Origin: Eledone cirrhosa
Lineage: Eukaryota
Assembly: GCA_964016885.1 (NCBI GenBank)
Contig: OZ024752.1
Location: forward strand, 4,278,001-4,342,000
Reading direction: 5' to 3'
Length of the DNA stretch: 64,000 bases
The position numbers and the translations under genes are program-made. Below, piece by piece: positions 1-13,309 of this stretch. Each line of letters starts with the position of its first letter. Position 1 is the stretch's first letter. The notes below the pieces were generated by a model. That model did no database searches and was not told the DNA's origin. It saw only the letters and a program-made list of their open reading frames with translations.

Positions 1-978
1 GGTGGTGATGGTTGTGTTGGTGTTGGTGGTAGTGGTGGTGGTGATTGAGGTGGTGATGGTTGTGATGGTGTTGGTGGTAGTGGTGGTGGTGATTGAGGTG
101 GTGATGTTGTGATGGTGTTGGTGGTGGTGGTGGTTATTGTGGTGATGGTTGTGATGGTGTTGGTGGTAGTGGTGATTGAGGTGGTGATGTTGTGTTGGTG
201 TTGGTGGTAGTGGTGGTGGTGATTGAGGTGGTGATGGTTGTGTTGGTGTTGGTGGTAGTGGTGGTGGTGATTGAGGTGGTGATGTTGTGATGGTGTTGGT
301 GGTGGTGGTGGTTATTGTGGTGATGGTTGTGATGGTGTTGGTGGTAGTGGTGATTGAGGTGGTGATGGTTGTGTTGGTGTTGGTGGTAGTGGTGGTGGTG
401 ATTGAGGTGGTGATGTTGTGATGGTGTTGGTGGTGGTGGTGGTTATTGTGGTGATGGTTGTGATGGTGTTGGTGGTAGTGGTGATTGAGGTGGTGATGGT
501 TGTGTTGGTGTTGGTGGTAGTGGTGGTGGTGATTGAGGTGGTGATGGTTGTGATGGTGTTGGTGGTAGTGGTGGTGGTGATTGAGGTGGTGATGTTGTGT
601 TGGTGTTGGTGGTAGTGGTGATTGAGGTGGTGATGGTTGTGATGGTGTTGGTGGTAGTGGTGGTGGTGGTGATTGAGGTGGTGATGTTGTGTTGGTGTTG
701 GTGGTGTTGGTGGTAGTGGTGGTGGTGATGGTTGTTATTGTGGTGGTGGTGGTGTTGTGGTTGTGTTGGTGGTGGTGGTTATTATGGGGATGGTGGTGTT
801 GTGGTTGTGTTGGTGGTGGTGGTGGTGGTGGTGATTGAGGTGGTGGTGGTGGTGTTGATGTTGGTGGTGGTGGTTGGTGGTGGTGGTGGTGGTGGTGGCT
901 GTTATTGTGGTGGTGGTGGTGGTGGTGGTGGTGGTGGTGGTAGTGGTGGTGGTGGTGGTTGGTGGTGGTGGTGGCGGT
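1..978. repeat. (GGT)n-based compound micro/minisatellite
   Basis: Degenerate tandem GGT/GAT/GTT units; overlapping poly-Val/Gly/Thr ORFs are artefacts. Confidence 0.95.
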
Positions 979-1459
979 GTGTTATAATCTAAGTCAGTAT
1001 ATGTGTGTGTGTGTGTGTGTATGTTTGTATACATGTGCATCGGTGTGGATGGATGTCATGGTTTTTTGTGAATATGTATGTGTGTGTGTGTTAGAGAAAA
1101 GAGGAAAGGGATAGAGAGTGGCTGAGGGATGGGAGGGGTAGGGAGACAATGGTGAGGGGAGGGATAGGATACAGAATGGCTGAGGGTGGAGAAGTGGTGG
1201 CATAGAATCAGGCATTACAAAGCCAGAGACACAAACAAATGGAAGAGACAATCTAAATGAAATTATGGGAAAGAGGGTGTAATGATAGGGGATATGAGGT
1301 GGGGGTGTGGAGGGAATATAGGTTTCTCTCCTCCTCCTCCTACTACTACTACTACTACTACTAATCCAATTATGGTATTGTTATGATGCCAATATATCTG
1401 TTGTCTAGTTTGTTGTGTTGTCTCATCTAATGGACACCAGGATAGGATAGAATAATCCA

Positions 1460-1790
1460 TAGATTAAACAACAACAACAAATAATAATAACGACAAATAA
1501 CAATAACAACAATACCAAGAGAACAAATGACAATAACAACAACAACAACAACAAATGTTATAATAACAAGAAGATAGCAGAACAAACAAAATAAAAACAA
1601 TAAAAAAAACAGCAGCAAAAACAACGAAAACAACAGCAGAACAAATTGTATAACAAAAAAAATAACACAACGCAAAAACAATAATACAATGCAAAAAAAA
1701 AATACCACTTAAAAAACAACAAAAATACAACCTCAAAAACAACAAACAAATGATATAACAAAATTAAACAAAACAAGACCCCCCCCCCTC
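1460..1790. repeat. (CAA/AAC)n A-rich low-complexity tract
   Basis: Direct reading of repeated caa/aac triplets. Confidence 0.85.
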
Positions 1791-1948
1791 TGTACCCCCC
1801 ACCCTAGTATTAAGTATTTGTTGTTTTAGATATTTTTATTTTACCATTTCTATCATTCTCTGTTTTTTAGTTTTTTATAAACAATTTTGGTACAGCTTTC
1901 TTCTTTCTTTTTGTTTTTTTTTTATTATATATTTTCTATATTTTATTT

Positions 1949-2095
1949 GTTTGTTTGTTTCTCCACCTCCACCACCATCTTCTCTCTTTCTCTCTTCCTC
2001 AGTCTCTTCATCATTCCAGTCATAAAATGGGAGGTGACGAGAGAGGCAGGGCCCATCAGTGGAATCAACAGAACTCTGAAATATATTGTTGAGAT
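1949..2095 (-). CDS. Possible host-gene exon (VLLIPLMGPASLVTSHFMTGMMKRLRKREREK...stop), product unknown
   Basis: GC-richer unique island. Minus-strand acceptor tttcag at 2096-2101 follows a pyrimidine-rich tract; open frame to a stop. No recognisable homology. Confidence 0.25.
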
Positions 2096-4194
2096 ATTAA
2101 AAGAGATTGTTCAGAGAATAAATAATCAATCAAAACTGAATTTAGAGAGAAAGGGGGGGGGGGAATCAAACAGAGAGAAAAATATAGAAAAGAAAAGTAA
2201 ATATTTTAAAAAATAACAAAATGTTAATAAATAAATATATAAATAAATATGAGAAAAAAAGAAAGTGGACTAGAGGAAGGTGGCTGTGACATTTTAATTT
2301 GAATTTATGGACAGACTTAGGAACATTTCTAGTTCACTGACCATTACATTGGAAAAACAAATGGTAGCCTAGGAATCAATGTGGGCGGTGCCCCCTTACA
2401 TCATTGATTGAATCAATAAACTGCTAGAACTAGTAGCCAAATCCTTCATAAATTCTCCCCTCTGATATCATCATCATTGATGTAATCATCATGTTATGTC
2501 TGCTTATCATACTGGGAATGGGTGGGATCTATTGTCACAGTCTATGACTGGATGGGTCACAGAGACCTTATCTTTTTCATACACTCCATATTTGTCCTGG
2601 TTTCTATGGCTGAATACTCTTCCCAATACCAGATATTTTACAGAGTGTACTAAGTGCATTTTATTGTGGCTCCAGTATAAAAACAAGAGTAGGAGATCAT
2701 TGGAAGGCTGGATTCACTGTCAATTCTGAGCCTTGAGCATTCAGTTTCTTTTCTCTTATCGTTTTTAGTGAGGCAAGAAAGAAACATTTGCATGGCCTTC
2801 CTGATTAGTAAAAAGAGAGAGAAAGTTATCCTGGGACTGGAGCCCAGGCCCAAATTGTTTACAATAGAGTGGACCCTGCTAAAGTCATTGAAGGGTCAGG
2901 TATTAGTGATAAAACAGGCAACAGATGATGTCTACTTCACATGTAGATCAGAGCAAGATTTGAACTAAAAATGCAAAGAAATAAAACAAATAGAACAAAT
3001 ACTTCTAGAAAAAGGTTTGAAACATTGAGTGTAAATGAATATTTGTAAAATTGGAGTATTCTCAGCTGGAGGGTAGCTGTAAACAGCTGGAGGGGTAGCT
3101 GTAAACAGCTGGATACTACATGTATAGTAAAACATTTCTTTTGGTAGGGAAAGAGGTTAAGATATAACCTCAAATCGAAGAGTGGGAGAGAGAGGAAAAA
3201 AGAGATGAGAAATAAGAGTTAGTTTATTCTCTCCATCTTTCTATCAATCTCTTCGTTTTTCTCATAAGTCCTTCTCCGTCATTTTCATCCCCATTTTTCT
3301 CCGCTCCTCCTCTCTCTATATATAACCTTCTCATTTCTCATCTCATACTTTAGACTCTCTTTCCTCCTCTCTCCCTCCCACTCTCCATTCCATTTCATGT
3401 TATACTGTATCCAGCTGTTTACAATAATCCAATTTTACAAATACTTATAGGTTTTAACCTTTTTTTAATATCAACCTCTCTGAAACTGCTCTGGATTTGA
3501 TACAAAAATGCTGCTCATTTAAAAAATATTTATACTTGTATGATATCCTATCATCAACCTTTTCTAGCAATATACCTTAATGAGATATTGACATGATAAA
3601 CTGTGTCAAACCACTAATTGAATAATTTAACAAATGTCATATGTAGTACAGTTTACATTACATGATGAATAAAAAGGGAGTGAAGGAAAGAGAGAAAGAA
3701 AAGAAAGTGCTTAAATTACCAGAATCAGTGATAAATATTGTTTTAAGATTTTAGTAAATGGCGAACTGCTAGAGTTATTAAAGCAGCTTTGCAGTATTTG
3801 TCCTGGTTCTCTGCAATATGGGCTCAAATAGCACTGAGATAATATTTACCTTTCATGTTTTCAGGGTTGGTAAATAAAGCCCCAGTCAGTCAAAGGCTAT
3901 GGACTGACAATAATGTTTGAATGTCAGATGGGATCTGATCCAGTTTTAAGCAGTCTAAATTCAAAGAATGCATCATTCCTGATAGCCAGGACTAATCACC
4001 CAACAAGTAGACAAACCTGATTAATGTGCACTTAGTCAGTATGAACAGGTGGACCTAAAAACCAGCAACATTTCTAAGGATCCATCCAACGGTGGAAGTA
4101 AATGACATTATACATGCCACACAAAATTATAAAAGGCTGCATGTGTCTGAGTGCTGTAGATAGCTCATGTCTAACACAGAGTTTCCTCTATTGA

Positions 4195-4470
4195 CTCATT
4201 TCCAGCTCCGATACTATGGGCATGTCGTTAGAATGTCTCAGGAAAAAATTGCTGGACAGATTTTGCAGGCAAAACCAACTGGCAAGAGACCTAGGGATAG
4301 ACCCCAAGCAAGATGGTTGGATAACATCCATGAACTTGGCTGGCATCTTTGGGGATCCAGCTGGATCAATTGAAGATGGTTGCTTCTGACAGGACCTGCT
4401 GGAAGGAGTGTTTGAGGACTCTGCCCCCACAACCCTCACAGGAATAAGTGTGTAAAGAAGAAGAAAAAAG
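4195..4470 (+). mobile_element. RTE-clade LINE 3' fragment (second RTE family, (GAA)n-like tail)
   Basis: Translates to LRYYGHVVRM...KPTGKRPRDRPQARW, the RTE ORF2 C-terminal motif. A reverse copy lies at 48915-49042. Confidence 0.8.
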
Positions 4471-4494
4471 GAAGACTCATTTCCCGAGTAATTA

Positions 4495-4672
4495 ATTGTT
4501 TCTACTTTTAGAACAAGACAAGCAATCACCCCAGGTGCTTTATTTTATTGACCCTGTAAGGATAAAAGACAAAGTTAACCTCTGCAGCATTTGAACTCAG
4601 ACCATAAAAGGCCGTAACTCTATGCTGCAAAGCATGCTGTCTGACCCTCTACCGATACTGCCAATCCACCAA
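4495..4672 (-). mobile_element. tRNA-derived SINE, family A (diverged copy)
   Basis: Matches the family consensus seen at 39840-40028; B-box gagttcaaat on the minus strand. Confidence 0.8.
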
Positions 4673-5960
4673 AGATTCATTTCCAGGGTAATTAATATGA
4701 TACTAATTGAAATAATAAATATAAAGAGCTATTAGTGTCAAGTAATTATGTAATTGTAGACGACAACATAAAATAATTAGTTTAGATTTCGTAGGTTCTT
4801 GGCCTAAGGTTTAAAGTTACTGGGAAACACATTTAGTTATTTTCTGAAAACAAAATACTTGTGATACCATAATACATAGTTGATATCTCACAGTAAGAAA
4901 ACATATAATAACTAGGAGTTTTTTCAACACACTGACGTGTGTGTGTAAATGTGAGTGAGTGTGTGTATGTGCATATGCATACATGTATATGTATGAGTAT
5001 ATAAATATAAACGTGCAAACACAGACACACGAAAATACACACTCAGAAATACATTCATACAAACACACACATACATTCACACACACATACACACACACAT
5101 ACACACACACATACATTCACACACACATACACAGCATAACAAATGGAACGCCAGCCACTATTTTACTATAGTTTTTTCATCACTCTCTTCCTTCCTTTTA
5201 CACACACATACAGTCATGCAGGTACAGATGTAAAGAGAGAGGAGTAGTATGAGGTAGTGAAACTACTCTCTTTTTATATGTTGTGACAGAATCGCAGAAA
5301 TTTATATATAGACTAGCTATCGCTGTTTTCTTTTTTTTGTTTTCTTTTTTGTGTGTTGGTGGGGGGGGGGGGGGGGGGGTATGAAGATTTGTATTTCATT
5401 AGAATTTGTCTTGTTGAAACTGCAGACTACAAAGTGCTTCATGTTTCCTGCTACAGTCTATACATACATGTAAGATATCTAATACTGTTGTACCTCTGTA
5501 GAAATAGTAACCACATCTCATCAACTTCAAGTAGGTTTCAGTGATGGTTGGGGCATTTTTAAAAGATGTACAGAATTGCATTTGTGATTGAAAATGTTAA
5601 AATATTAGTTGCTTTTTGTTTTGTTTTGTTTTGTTTCTTTGACAATCTTATACTGTTAAATAAGAATATTGGTATTTATGTAGTGATTCTTTCATTGCTA
5701 CTTTGGCAAGAACAATATTTTCCTAAGGAGGTCCAATAAGACCAAAATATGTCCTGAGTTGTCCCTCATGCTTGCCAAAATTATTGAACTATTAGTCACC
5801 AGCTCAAATGATAACAAGACCCTTTTTATTTCTTTGCTCTCAAATGAAGTTTATGGGTCTGAAATGCTAGGTTCTAAACATCTCATAGCAAATTAATGTA
5901 TCAATATCTCCTACCGTCAAATGTTTGCCAACACAGACCATCACCAGCTTTCCTATAGTC

Positions 5961-6296
5961 CATTAGTTCCCAACCAGGGAGCTATGGCCCACCAGTGGGC
6001 CATAGCAAGTTATTGGGGGAGCCACGGGAATTAACTAAAATTCACAAAATTTTATACATAAAAAAGAAGAGTCGTTTCCTAACATAATTTTTTCTTTTTC
6101 TTGCTTCAAATTTTTATATTCAACTTTTTATCAACTTTCTACCTTTTCTAATTATGATTTTACTTCACAAATAAAAAGACATGCCAAAATTATTTCTACA
6201 TAAAAAAATTATATCAAAAATTTTAATTTTTTTGGGGCCATACTGTTTTGTTTTATCATTAAGGTGGAATTTATTATAAAAGGTTGGGAACCTCTG
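5961..6296. mobile_element. hAT (Charlie-like) MITE
   Basis: TIRs cattagttcccaacc / ggttgggaacctctg; perfect 8-bp TSD ctatagtc at 5953-5960 and 6297-6304. Confidence 0.9.
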
Positions 6297-6596
6297 CTAT
6301 AGTCCAACATTTTCCCTATCAACTCAACCCATGGTTTACCCCTGTTTTTGTAAAGAAGCTTTTATAAAAATAAAAATAGAAATTCTGTAACCCCTAATTA
6401 AAGCTTGACAGTTGCCCTTCTAACCTAAAAATATATTTTGCTTTTGTGAAATTCAATAGTAATAATAATAATTTGCAGTTACAGTGAGTAATTTTATGGG
6501 AAAACATGGAAGAAATTGAAGTGGTTAAGGACATAACACAGCTTAGTTACACATACTGTCAACTGTAGAACAAAGACAGGTTGTCAATGTTAAATT

Positions 6597-6765
6597 AATT
6601 GTTTCTATTTGAGGCACAAGGCCAGCAATTACCCAGTACATTACTGGTACTTTATTTTATCGACCCCATAAGGATGAAAGGCAAAGTTAACCTCGGCAGG
6701 ATTTGAACTCAGATCGTAAAGGGCCGTAACTATGTTGGAAAGCATGTCCGACCCTCTACAGATAC
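6597..6765 (-). mobile_element. tRNA-derived SINE, family A
   Basis: ggcacaaggccagcaattacccagt...gatgaaaggcaaagttaacctcggcaggatttgaactc, shared with at least 9 other copies. Confidence 0.9.
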
Positions 6766-6819
6766 TAAATGGCTCTAGACTAGACAATATTGTGTAATTT
6801 AGATTTTGGAAAAAATATG

Positions 6820-7425
6820 ACCCCCCCCCCCCCCCCTACCGCTATCAGCTCCTTCTCCACCACCATCTCCCACTCTACCACTATCAGCTCCTTCTCCACC
6901 ACCATCTCTCACTCTACCACTATCACCTCCTACTCCACCACCATCACTACCACCTCTACCACTACCACCTCCTACTCCACCATCATCACTACCACCTCCT
7001 ACTCCACCACCATCACTACCACCTCTACTACTACCACCATCACTACCACCTCTCCTACTACCACCTCCTACTCCACCTCTACCACTATCACCTCCTACTC
7101 CACCACCATCATTACCTCCCACTACCACTACCACCTCCTACTCTACCACCATCACTATCACCACCACCTCCAACTCAAACACTTTCATTACCTCCCACTA
7201 CCACCACTAACTCCTCCAACTCTCTCATTCCACCACTCTCCTACTACCACTCCATCACTACTGCCACCTCCCTCTCCTTGACCTATCACTCCACCAACAC
7301 TACCATCACCCCTCAACCACCTCTACCACTACTGCCCACTTGACCACTACCTTCCCCTTGACCTACCACACCACCAACACCACCACCTCCCATTTTACCA
7401 CTCTACCACCCCCACCACCACTATT
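6820..7425. repeat. (ACC/CTC)-rich compound minisatellite
   Basis: Repeated ctactccaccaccatcactaccac units. Confidence 0.9.
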
Positions 7426-7855
7426 ACATACTATGGTATTGTTAGTATTGTTTAGTCCATGGTCAGCTATTACAGACTAGTTGATAACTGCACAATATGT
7501 CATTCCTAGTTCTTTGTATGATAAAGAGATGGAGATTTGGCTACTATTTCTAACATGTTTAGCCACCTCATACAAGCACTGTCTTTAGTTCATTAGATGT
7601 TATTGTTAGCCAATTGCTGGCAATAATGTTTGTTAGTATCCTTCACAGCTTTATTTCTTTATATCAAATAGCTGGAAGTCTTCAAATTGATAAGGTAAGC
7701 ACACAGGTTTTACTGCCAGCATTTGAAGAATGCAGTCCAAGCTAGATAACAAAAGTGTGTGTGTGTATACATACATATATATATATATATATATATTGAT
7801 TTTATTACGGCTATATAGCGAGCCTTGTTACTCTGGAGTTTCCCATTCGTTTGTA

Positions 7856-7900
<45 letters not shown>

Positions 7901-7960
7901 GTCTAACCCATGCTAGCGTGGAAAATGGACGTTAAATGAAGATGATGATGATGATATATA

Positions 7961-8169
7961 TAGAAGTGGTTACACAACAGTTAGTTCACCATACCGAGAA
8001 CAATTGTTTCACATTAGCGGATCCTCAGCTTGTAATGGACATCAGGATCCGCTAAGGTGAAACAATTGTTCTCGGTAGGGTGAACTTACTGTTGTGTAAC
8101 CAATTCTACCTAACTCGTCCCATGGACTGAGTGCTCTACCACTACGGATATTACCTTCCAGTGTTCCAC

Positions 8170-8172
<3 letters not shown>
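7961..8172. mobile_element. (TA)n-flanked fold-back element with hammerhead-like motif; putative Penelope-like pLTR remnant
   Basis: About 63-bp inverted arms (7961-8024 / 8044-8108). Minus strand reads CTGAGGA-tccgctaatgt-GAAA-caattg-TT; tail motif ctgagtgctct at 8127. Confidence 0.6.
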
Positions 8173-8235
<63 letters not shown>

Positions 8236-8239
<4 letters not shown>

Positions 8240-10532
8240 TCATCATCATCGTCGTTTAATGTCTATCTTCCACGCTAACATGAGTTTAAACGAGAATTGT
8301 TCCACTTGAGGCAAGATTGGTCGTCTCGCTCATATAGAACTGTCTGGCAGGTTTTCTATGGCTGGATGCCCTTCCTAACCCTAACCACGTTTACAGTGTG
8401 GACTGGGCGGTTTTTACCGTGTTACCTACACGGCCACATTACAGCGTGGACTGTGTGTTTTTTTGTCGTGACACCTACACGACCTCATTTATTTAAGACT
8501 GGATGTTGTGGTACCAACATAACTTTACAGAGAAAGGGGTGATTTTGATGGGGGTGGGTGGAGGTAGTGGGATGGGGGTGCCTACTGACTATAGGTTTCG
8601 CTTTGTACTTAGGCAAGGCGGGTCTTCTGTATTACTGCGTAGCGCCAAAGATCTCGGTCCAGTGACATTGTCTTAGAGAGGTGTAAGTGTGTAAGGTCGG
8701 AATTTATCAAATCGTCCCAGGTTTTTCTGGGTCTACCTACTCCATAACTTAACGTCAATTTTTTATACAGCTGTCGTCTTTCATGCGCATCACGTGACCA
8801 TACCAATGTAGTCTTCTCTCGAGTAAACAGTATCTGATAACCTCTTATACCTAATTTCTCACTGAGTTCATTTATGATTTGCCATTCATGTATATTACTA
8901 TTACACATCCACTGGAGCATGCATGCTTCGTTCCTCTCCAGTCTGCACAGATCCTCTGCACACAATGCCCAGGTCTCACTGCCATGTAACATAGCTGTTC
9001 GTATGCAGGCATCATACAGACTGCCTTTCATTTTTAGAGAGAAACCTTTAGTGGCCAATAGTGGTATAAGCTCTCTGAACTTTTTCCATCCCGTTCTGAC
9101 TCTGGCTACTGTACTTTCTGAGCACCCTCCACCACTGCTGATTTTGTCACCCAGGTAACAGAAGGTGTCCATTATAATCCCGCCGAGGTTGACTTTGCCT
9201 TTCATCCTTACGGGATCGATAAAAATAAAGTACCAGTAATGCACTGGGTAATTTGCTGGCCTTGTGCCTAAAGTAGAAACAATTATTTCTATAGAGCCAT
9301 CTGGGCAATAGAAGGAGCTAGTATCCTGTGAGCGCTTGCTACTTATTTCACTTGAGTACCGGCCACATATAAAATCTACGTTCTTAGATAGCTTACCTGT
9401 GATCCAACTACATTTTTTATGCACCCATACTTTGCATTTGGGACATAAAATGGAATTTCTGCCTACTCCTTTCCTACACACTGAGCATGGCCATTTCCCA
9501 GAGGGGACCTGTGCCCTATTTTCCTTCCTACATACTAGAACTTTAGTCTTAGACAAGTTAACTTTAAAGCCTTTTGATTCTAGGCCATGCCTCCATGTTT
9601 GGAAATTCTTCTCTAGTTCAGCCATTGATTCAGCTATGAACGTTAGATCATCTGCATAGAGAAGTTCCCATCGGCAGCCGGTCTTGAACTCCTCTGTTAT
9701 AGCCTAAAGGACAATAATAAATAGGAGGGGCTAAGAACAGAGCCCTGAAGAACACCAACTTTTACGCTAAATTCTTCCCTATATTCGTTGTTAATTCTAA
9801 CCTTACTGACTGTTTCTTTATACATGGCTTGTATAGCTATCACAAGCCATTCATCAACCCCTAGTTTTCTAAGGGCCCACCAGATTATGGTGCGGGGTCT
9901 CTGTCAACAAAAGCTAAGTATAGGGGTTTACTTTTAGCTAGGTACTTCTCCTGTAGTTGTCGTACAAGGAAAAGGGCGTCTGTGGTACTTTTACCTGACA
10001 CAAACCCAAACGGTATTTTGTCTAGATCAATTTGCTCTCCGATTAGTTGCGCTATAACTTTTTCTGTGACCTTCATGACCTGGAAAATTAATTTAATGCC
10101 TCTATAGTTTCCTCTATCTAGTGCATCTCCTTTCCCCTTGTATCAGTTAATGATGATGCTGCTACGTCAGTCATTTGGTATGACCCCGTTCTGTATGATT
10201 TGGTTTACTATCCGGGTGATCATAGTGTGTCCCACTGTTCCAGATGCTTTCAGCATTTCAACAGCTATCTCTGAAAGCCCAGCTGCCTTGCCTGTCTTCA
10301 TATCTTTGATTGCCTTACTTATTATACTACCTTCAACTTGCACTGCTGGTCCCTCTATTGGATTGATGTGGGACAGACTATCTTTGTCCCATTTATTCTC
10401 CTCATTTAGTAGTCTCTCGTAGTGACACTTCCAAGCTACCTTCTTATCAGCGTCAGTGATGGCAAGTACACCATCATCATTACGGAGACATTTCTCCCCG
10501 ACAATATCACGGTTTTCCTTGACACATTGCCT
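8236..10532 (-). mobile_element. 5'-truncated, degenerate RTE LINE (RT + 3'UTR + (GAT)n tail)
   Basis: Fragments FGFVSGKSTTDALFLVRQLQEK, LLYADDL, FCYLGD, GRPRKTW; stops, frameshifts and an inserted SINE; highly similar to the 24095 copy. Confidence 0.95.
9176..9287 (+). mobile_element. 5'-truncated SINE family A inserted inside the RTE ORF
   Basis: SINE body splits the codons of GSIEIMDTF; short TSD attat at 9171-9175 and 9282-9286. Confidence 0.9.
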
Positions 10533-10799
10533 AGTTTTTCTGGGTCTACCTACTCCGTAACTACCATATATATATATATATATATAATTTTTGTAAATCG
10601 AACTTTAGCTGCAGTACCATATGTACGATTTGATTTATTTTGAGGCAATCACAGAGCACTCAATGGATTGAAAGTTAAAAACAAACATTACGTCCAGAGT
10701 TAAACACCGTAGTTATAAAATGTGACACCAAGTTAACTGACCGAAGGCACAAACTATACATACAACAAAATAACGATATATACAAATATATATATATCA

Positions 10800-10965
10800 A
10801 ATGAAAAGGTTGAGATGTTCACCAATTCCATCTACCAAATTTCACTGAGAAAGGATTTGTCCACTTGTAGTTACAGTAGAAAACAATCGCCATAGGTGTC
10901 ATGCAGTGAGAGTGAACTCTATGTGACAGCATTCCTAAGCAAACACCTTAACCACGCAGCCATGA
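10800..10965 (-). mobile_element. Degenerate tRNA-SINE, family C (catggctgcgtggttaag head)
   Basis: A-box-like head on the minus strand; related plus-strand copy at about 37323-37460. Confidence 0.5.
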
Positions 10966-11218
10966 TTACATCTAGCATCATCATTTTAATGTTAATTTCC
11001 CATGCTAGCATTGGTTGGACAGGTCCTTATTGTCTGAGACTAGAATGGTTGGAGAACCACGTCTTGCTTAAACATTCCATATTTGGCTTCGTTTATATGG
11101 TTGGATAGCTTCCCTAATGTCAACCATAAATACATCTAATGTATGCAAGCATGGAAAATAAATGTAAAACGGTGATGATATGTATGTGTGTAGATATATA
11201 CTTATATATGTATGTCTG

Positions 11219-11251
<33 letters not shown>

Positions 11252-11359
11252 GTATGTGTGAGTGTGTGTGTGTATATACATATATATATATGTATATGCG
11301 TCAGCATGTGTGTATATATATATATTCACATATACATATATATATGTGTGTGTGTTTGC

Positions 11360-11390
<31 letters not shown>

Positions 11391-11394
<4 letters not shown>

Positions 11395-11587
11395 AAAAAG
11401 TATGACCACGACGGCAGAGCTCAAGTCGTTTCAACGGCTATTTCTGGACTCCAGAAATAGCCGTCGAAACGGCTTGAGCTCTGCCGTCGGGGTCATACTT
11501 TTTCCTATTTCCCACTCTACTACCCTAAGTATTGAGTACTCTGGTGCGTTATGGTCCACCTGGTTCCTTACCACAATTCCTTTGTTA
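11391..11587 (+). mobile_element. (TA)n-embedded fold-back element carrying the 3' half of a hammerhead (GAGCTC-loop family)
   Basis: Palindrome 11391-11507 centred at 11449; GAAA-cggc-ttgagctct-gccg-TC-gggg; tail ttgagtactct. Same family at 23856-24042 (-) and 62655-62848 (+). Confidence 0.7.
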
Positions 11588-11619
11588 TATATATAAAGAC
11601 AAAATCTACAACATTATCA

Positions 11620-12722
11620 TCATCATCCCCACAACCACCATCATAACATGCAGTGCCACTACTATAACCACCACCACTCCCAACATCAACAACATCTCTG
11701 CTACCACCACTACTACAACTACTACCACCACCACAAACGCCAGCTCCACAAACACCACCACCACCACCACCACCACAAACAGCTCCCCCACAAACACCAT
11801 CACCCCCACAAACACCAGCACCATCTCCACAACCACCACCACTACCTATCTCCACCACAAACACCAGCACCATCTCCACAACCACCACCACTACCACCAC
11901 CACCACCACCAAACACCAGCACCATCTCCACAACCACCACCACTACCTATCTCCACCACAAACACCAGCACCATCTCCACAACCACCACCACTACCTATC
12001 TCCACCACAAACACCAGCACCATCTCCACAACCACCACCACTACCACCACCACCACCACCAAACACCAGCACCATCTCCACAACCACCACCACTACCACC
12101 ACCACCACCACCAAACACCAGCAATATCTCCACAACCACCACCACTACCACCACCACCACCACCAAACACCAGCACCATCTCCACAACCACCACCACCAC
12201 CAAACACCAGCAATATCTCCACAACCACCACCACTACCACCACCACCACCACCAAACACCAGCACCATCTCCACAACCACCACCACTACCACCACCACCA
12301 CCACCAAACACCAGCAATATCTCCACAACCACCACCACTACCACCACCACCACCACCAAACACCAGCACCATCTCCACAACCACCACCACCACCAAACAC
12401 CAGCAATATCTCCACAACCACCACCACTACCACCACCACCACCACCAAACACCAGCACCATCTCCACAACCACCACCACCACCAAACACCAGCACCATCT
12501 CCACAACCACCACCACTACCACCACCACCACCACCAAACACCAGCACCATCTCCACAACCACCACCACTACCACCACCACCACCACCACCACCACCAAAC
12601 ACCAGCACCATCTCCACAACCACCACCACCACCAAACACCAGCAATATCTCCACAACCACCACCACCACCACCACCACCACAAAACACCAGCACCATCTC
12701 CACAACCATCACCCCCACTACC
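11620..12722. repeat. (ACC)n-based minisatellite (accaaacaccagcaccatctccacaaccaccaccact unit)
   Basis: Tandem units of about 35-55 bp; the 431 and 436 aa ORFs are artefacts. Confidence 0.95.
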
Positions 12723-12997
12723 ACAAGTGCAGTGTCGTTCTACTGCAGGCCAGCATTACTGTGCTACCTCACTCACCTCTCAAATATTTTGTCACCCCAT
12801 TTATCAGGCCACACTGCTGGTATCTGACTTCCTTGCTTCTGCCCTGCCCCCAACAACAGGTTCATGCACATTGTCAGCACCTTATGAATCTCTTTACATC
12901 CAACAACACTCCATCATTCATATCACATAGCATTGCAGTTCAGTGCACATTCAGTTGATTCCTTTTATGTCAAGCTGCTTCCTTGCTCCCCCCTCTC

Positions 12998-13041
<44 letters not shown>

Positions 13042-13058
13042 TCTTTCTCATCTCTATA

Positions 13059-13094
<36 letters not shown>

Positions 13095-13246
13095 GTTATG
13101 TAATAAACAACATAAGGCAATTATTCCATTTACCAGTGGTTTCTTAAAAGCAAAAAATGTTGCTTTCAATCATCAGAATGAAAAAATCCTGGTGTATTTA
13201 TTGACAACACTTTTTTCCTGGACTTTTCCGACGGAATTACTTCATT

Positions 13247-13285
<39 letters not shown>

Positions 13286-13309
13286 CAGAGTATAAAAGTT
13301 TTAATATAG

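Noticed and set aside
5232-5272. Hairpin containing tgaggtagt (let-7-like seed)
   Set aside because: The match is only 9 nt, lies in the loop, and the rest of let-7 is absent
11532-12958. Mucin- or extensin-like ORFs (also 29601-30764, 31247-32573, 35670-37436)
   Set aside because: Simple repeats open in several frames and on both strands
12777-12985. Minus-strand exon with gtgagt donor that would splice in frame to 2095
   Set aside because: The sequence aligns by eye to a degenerate RTE 3' region (ataaaaggaatcaa...atgtgatatgaatgatgg), so it is more likely TE decay
13148-13182. Minus-strand CTGATGA-TT-GAAA-gcaa...ttgc-TT ultra-short hammerhead
   Set aside because: No helix II and no helix I pairing; chance match or deleted remnant
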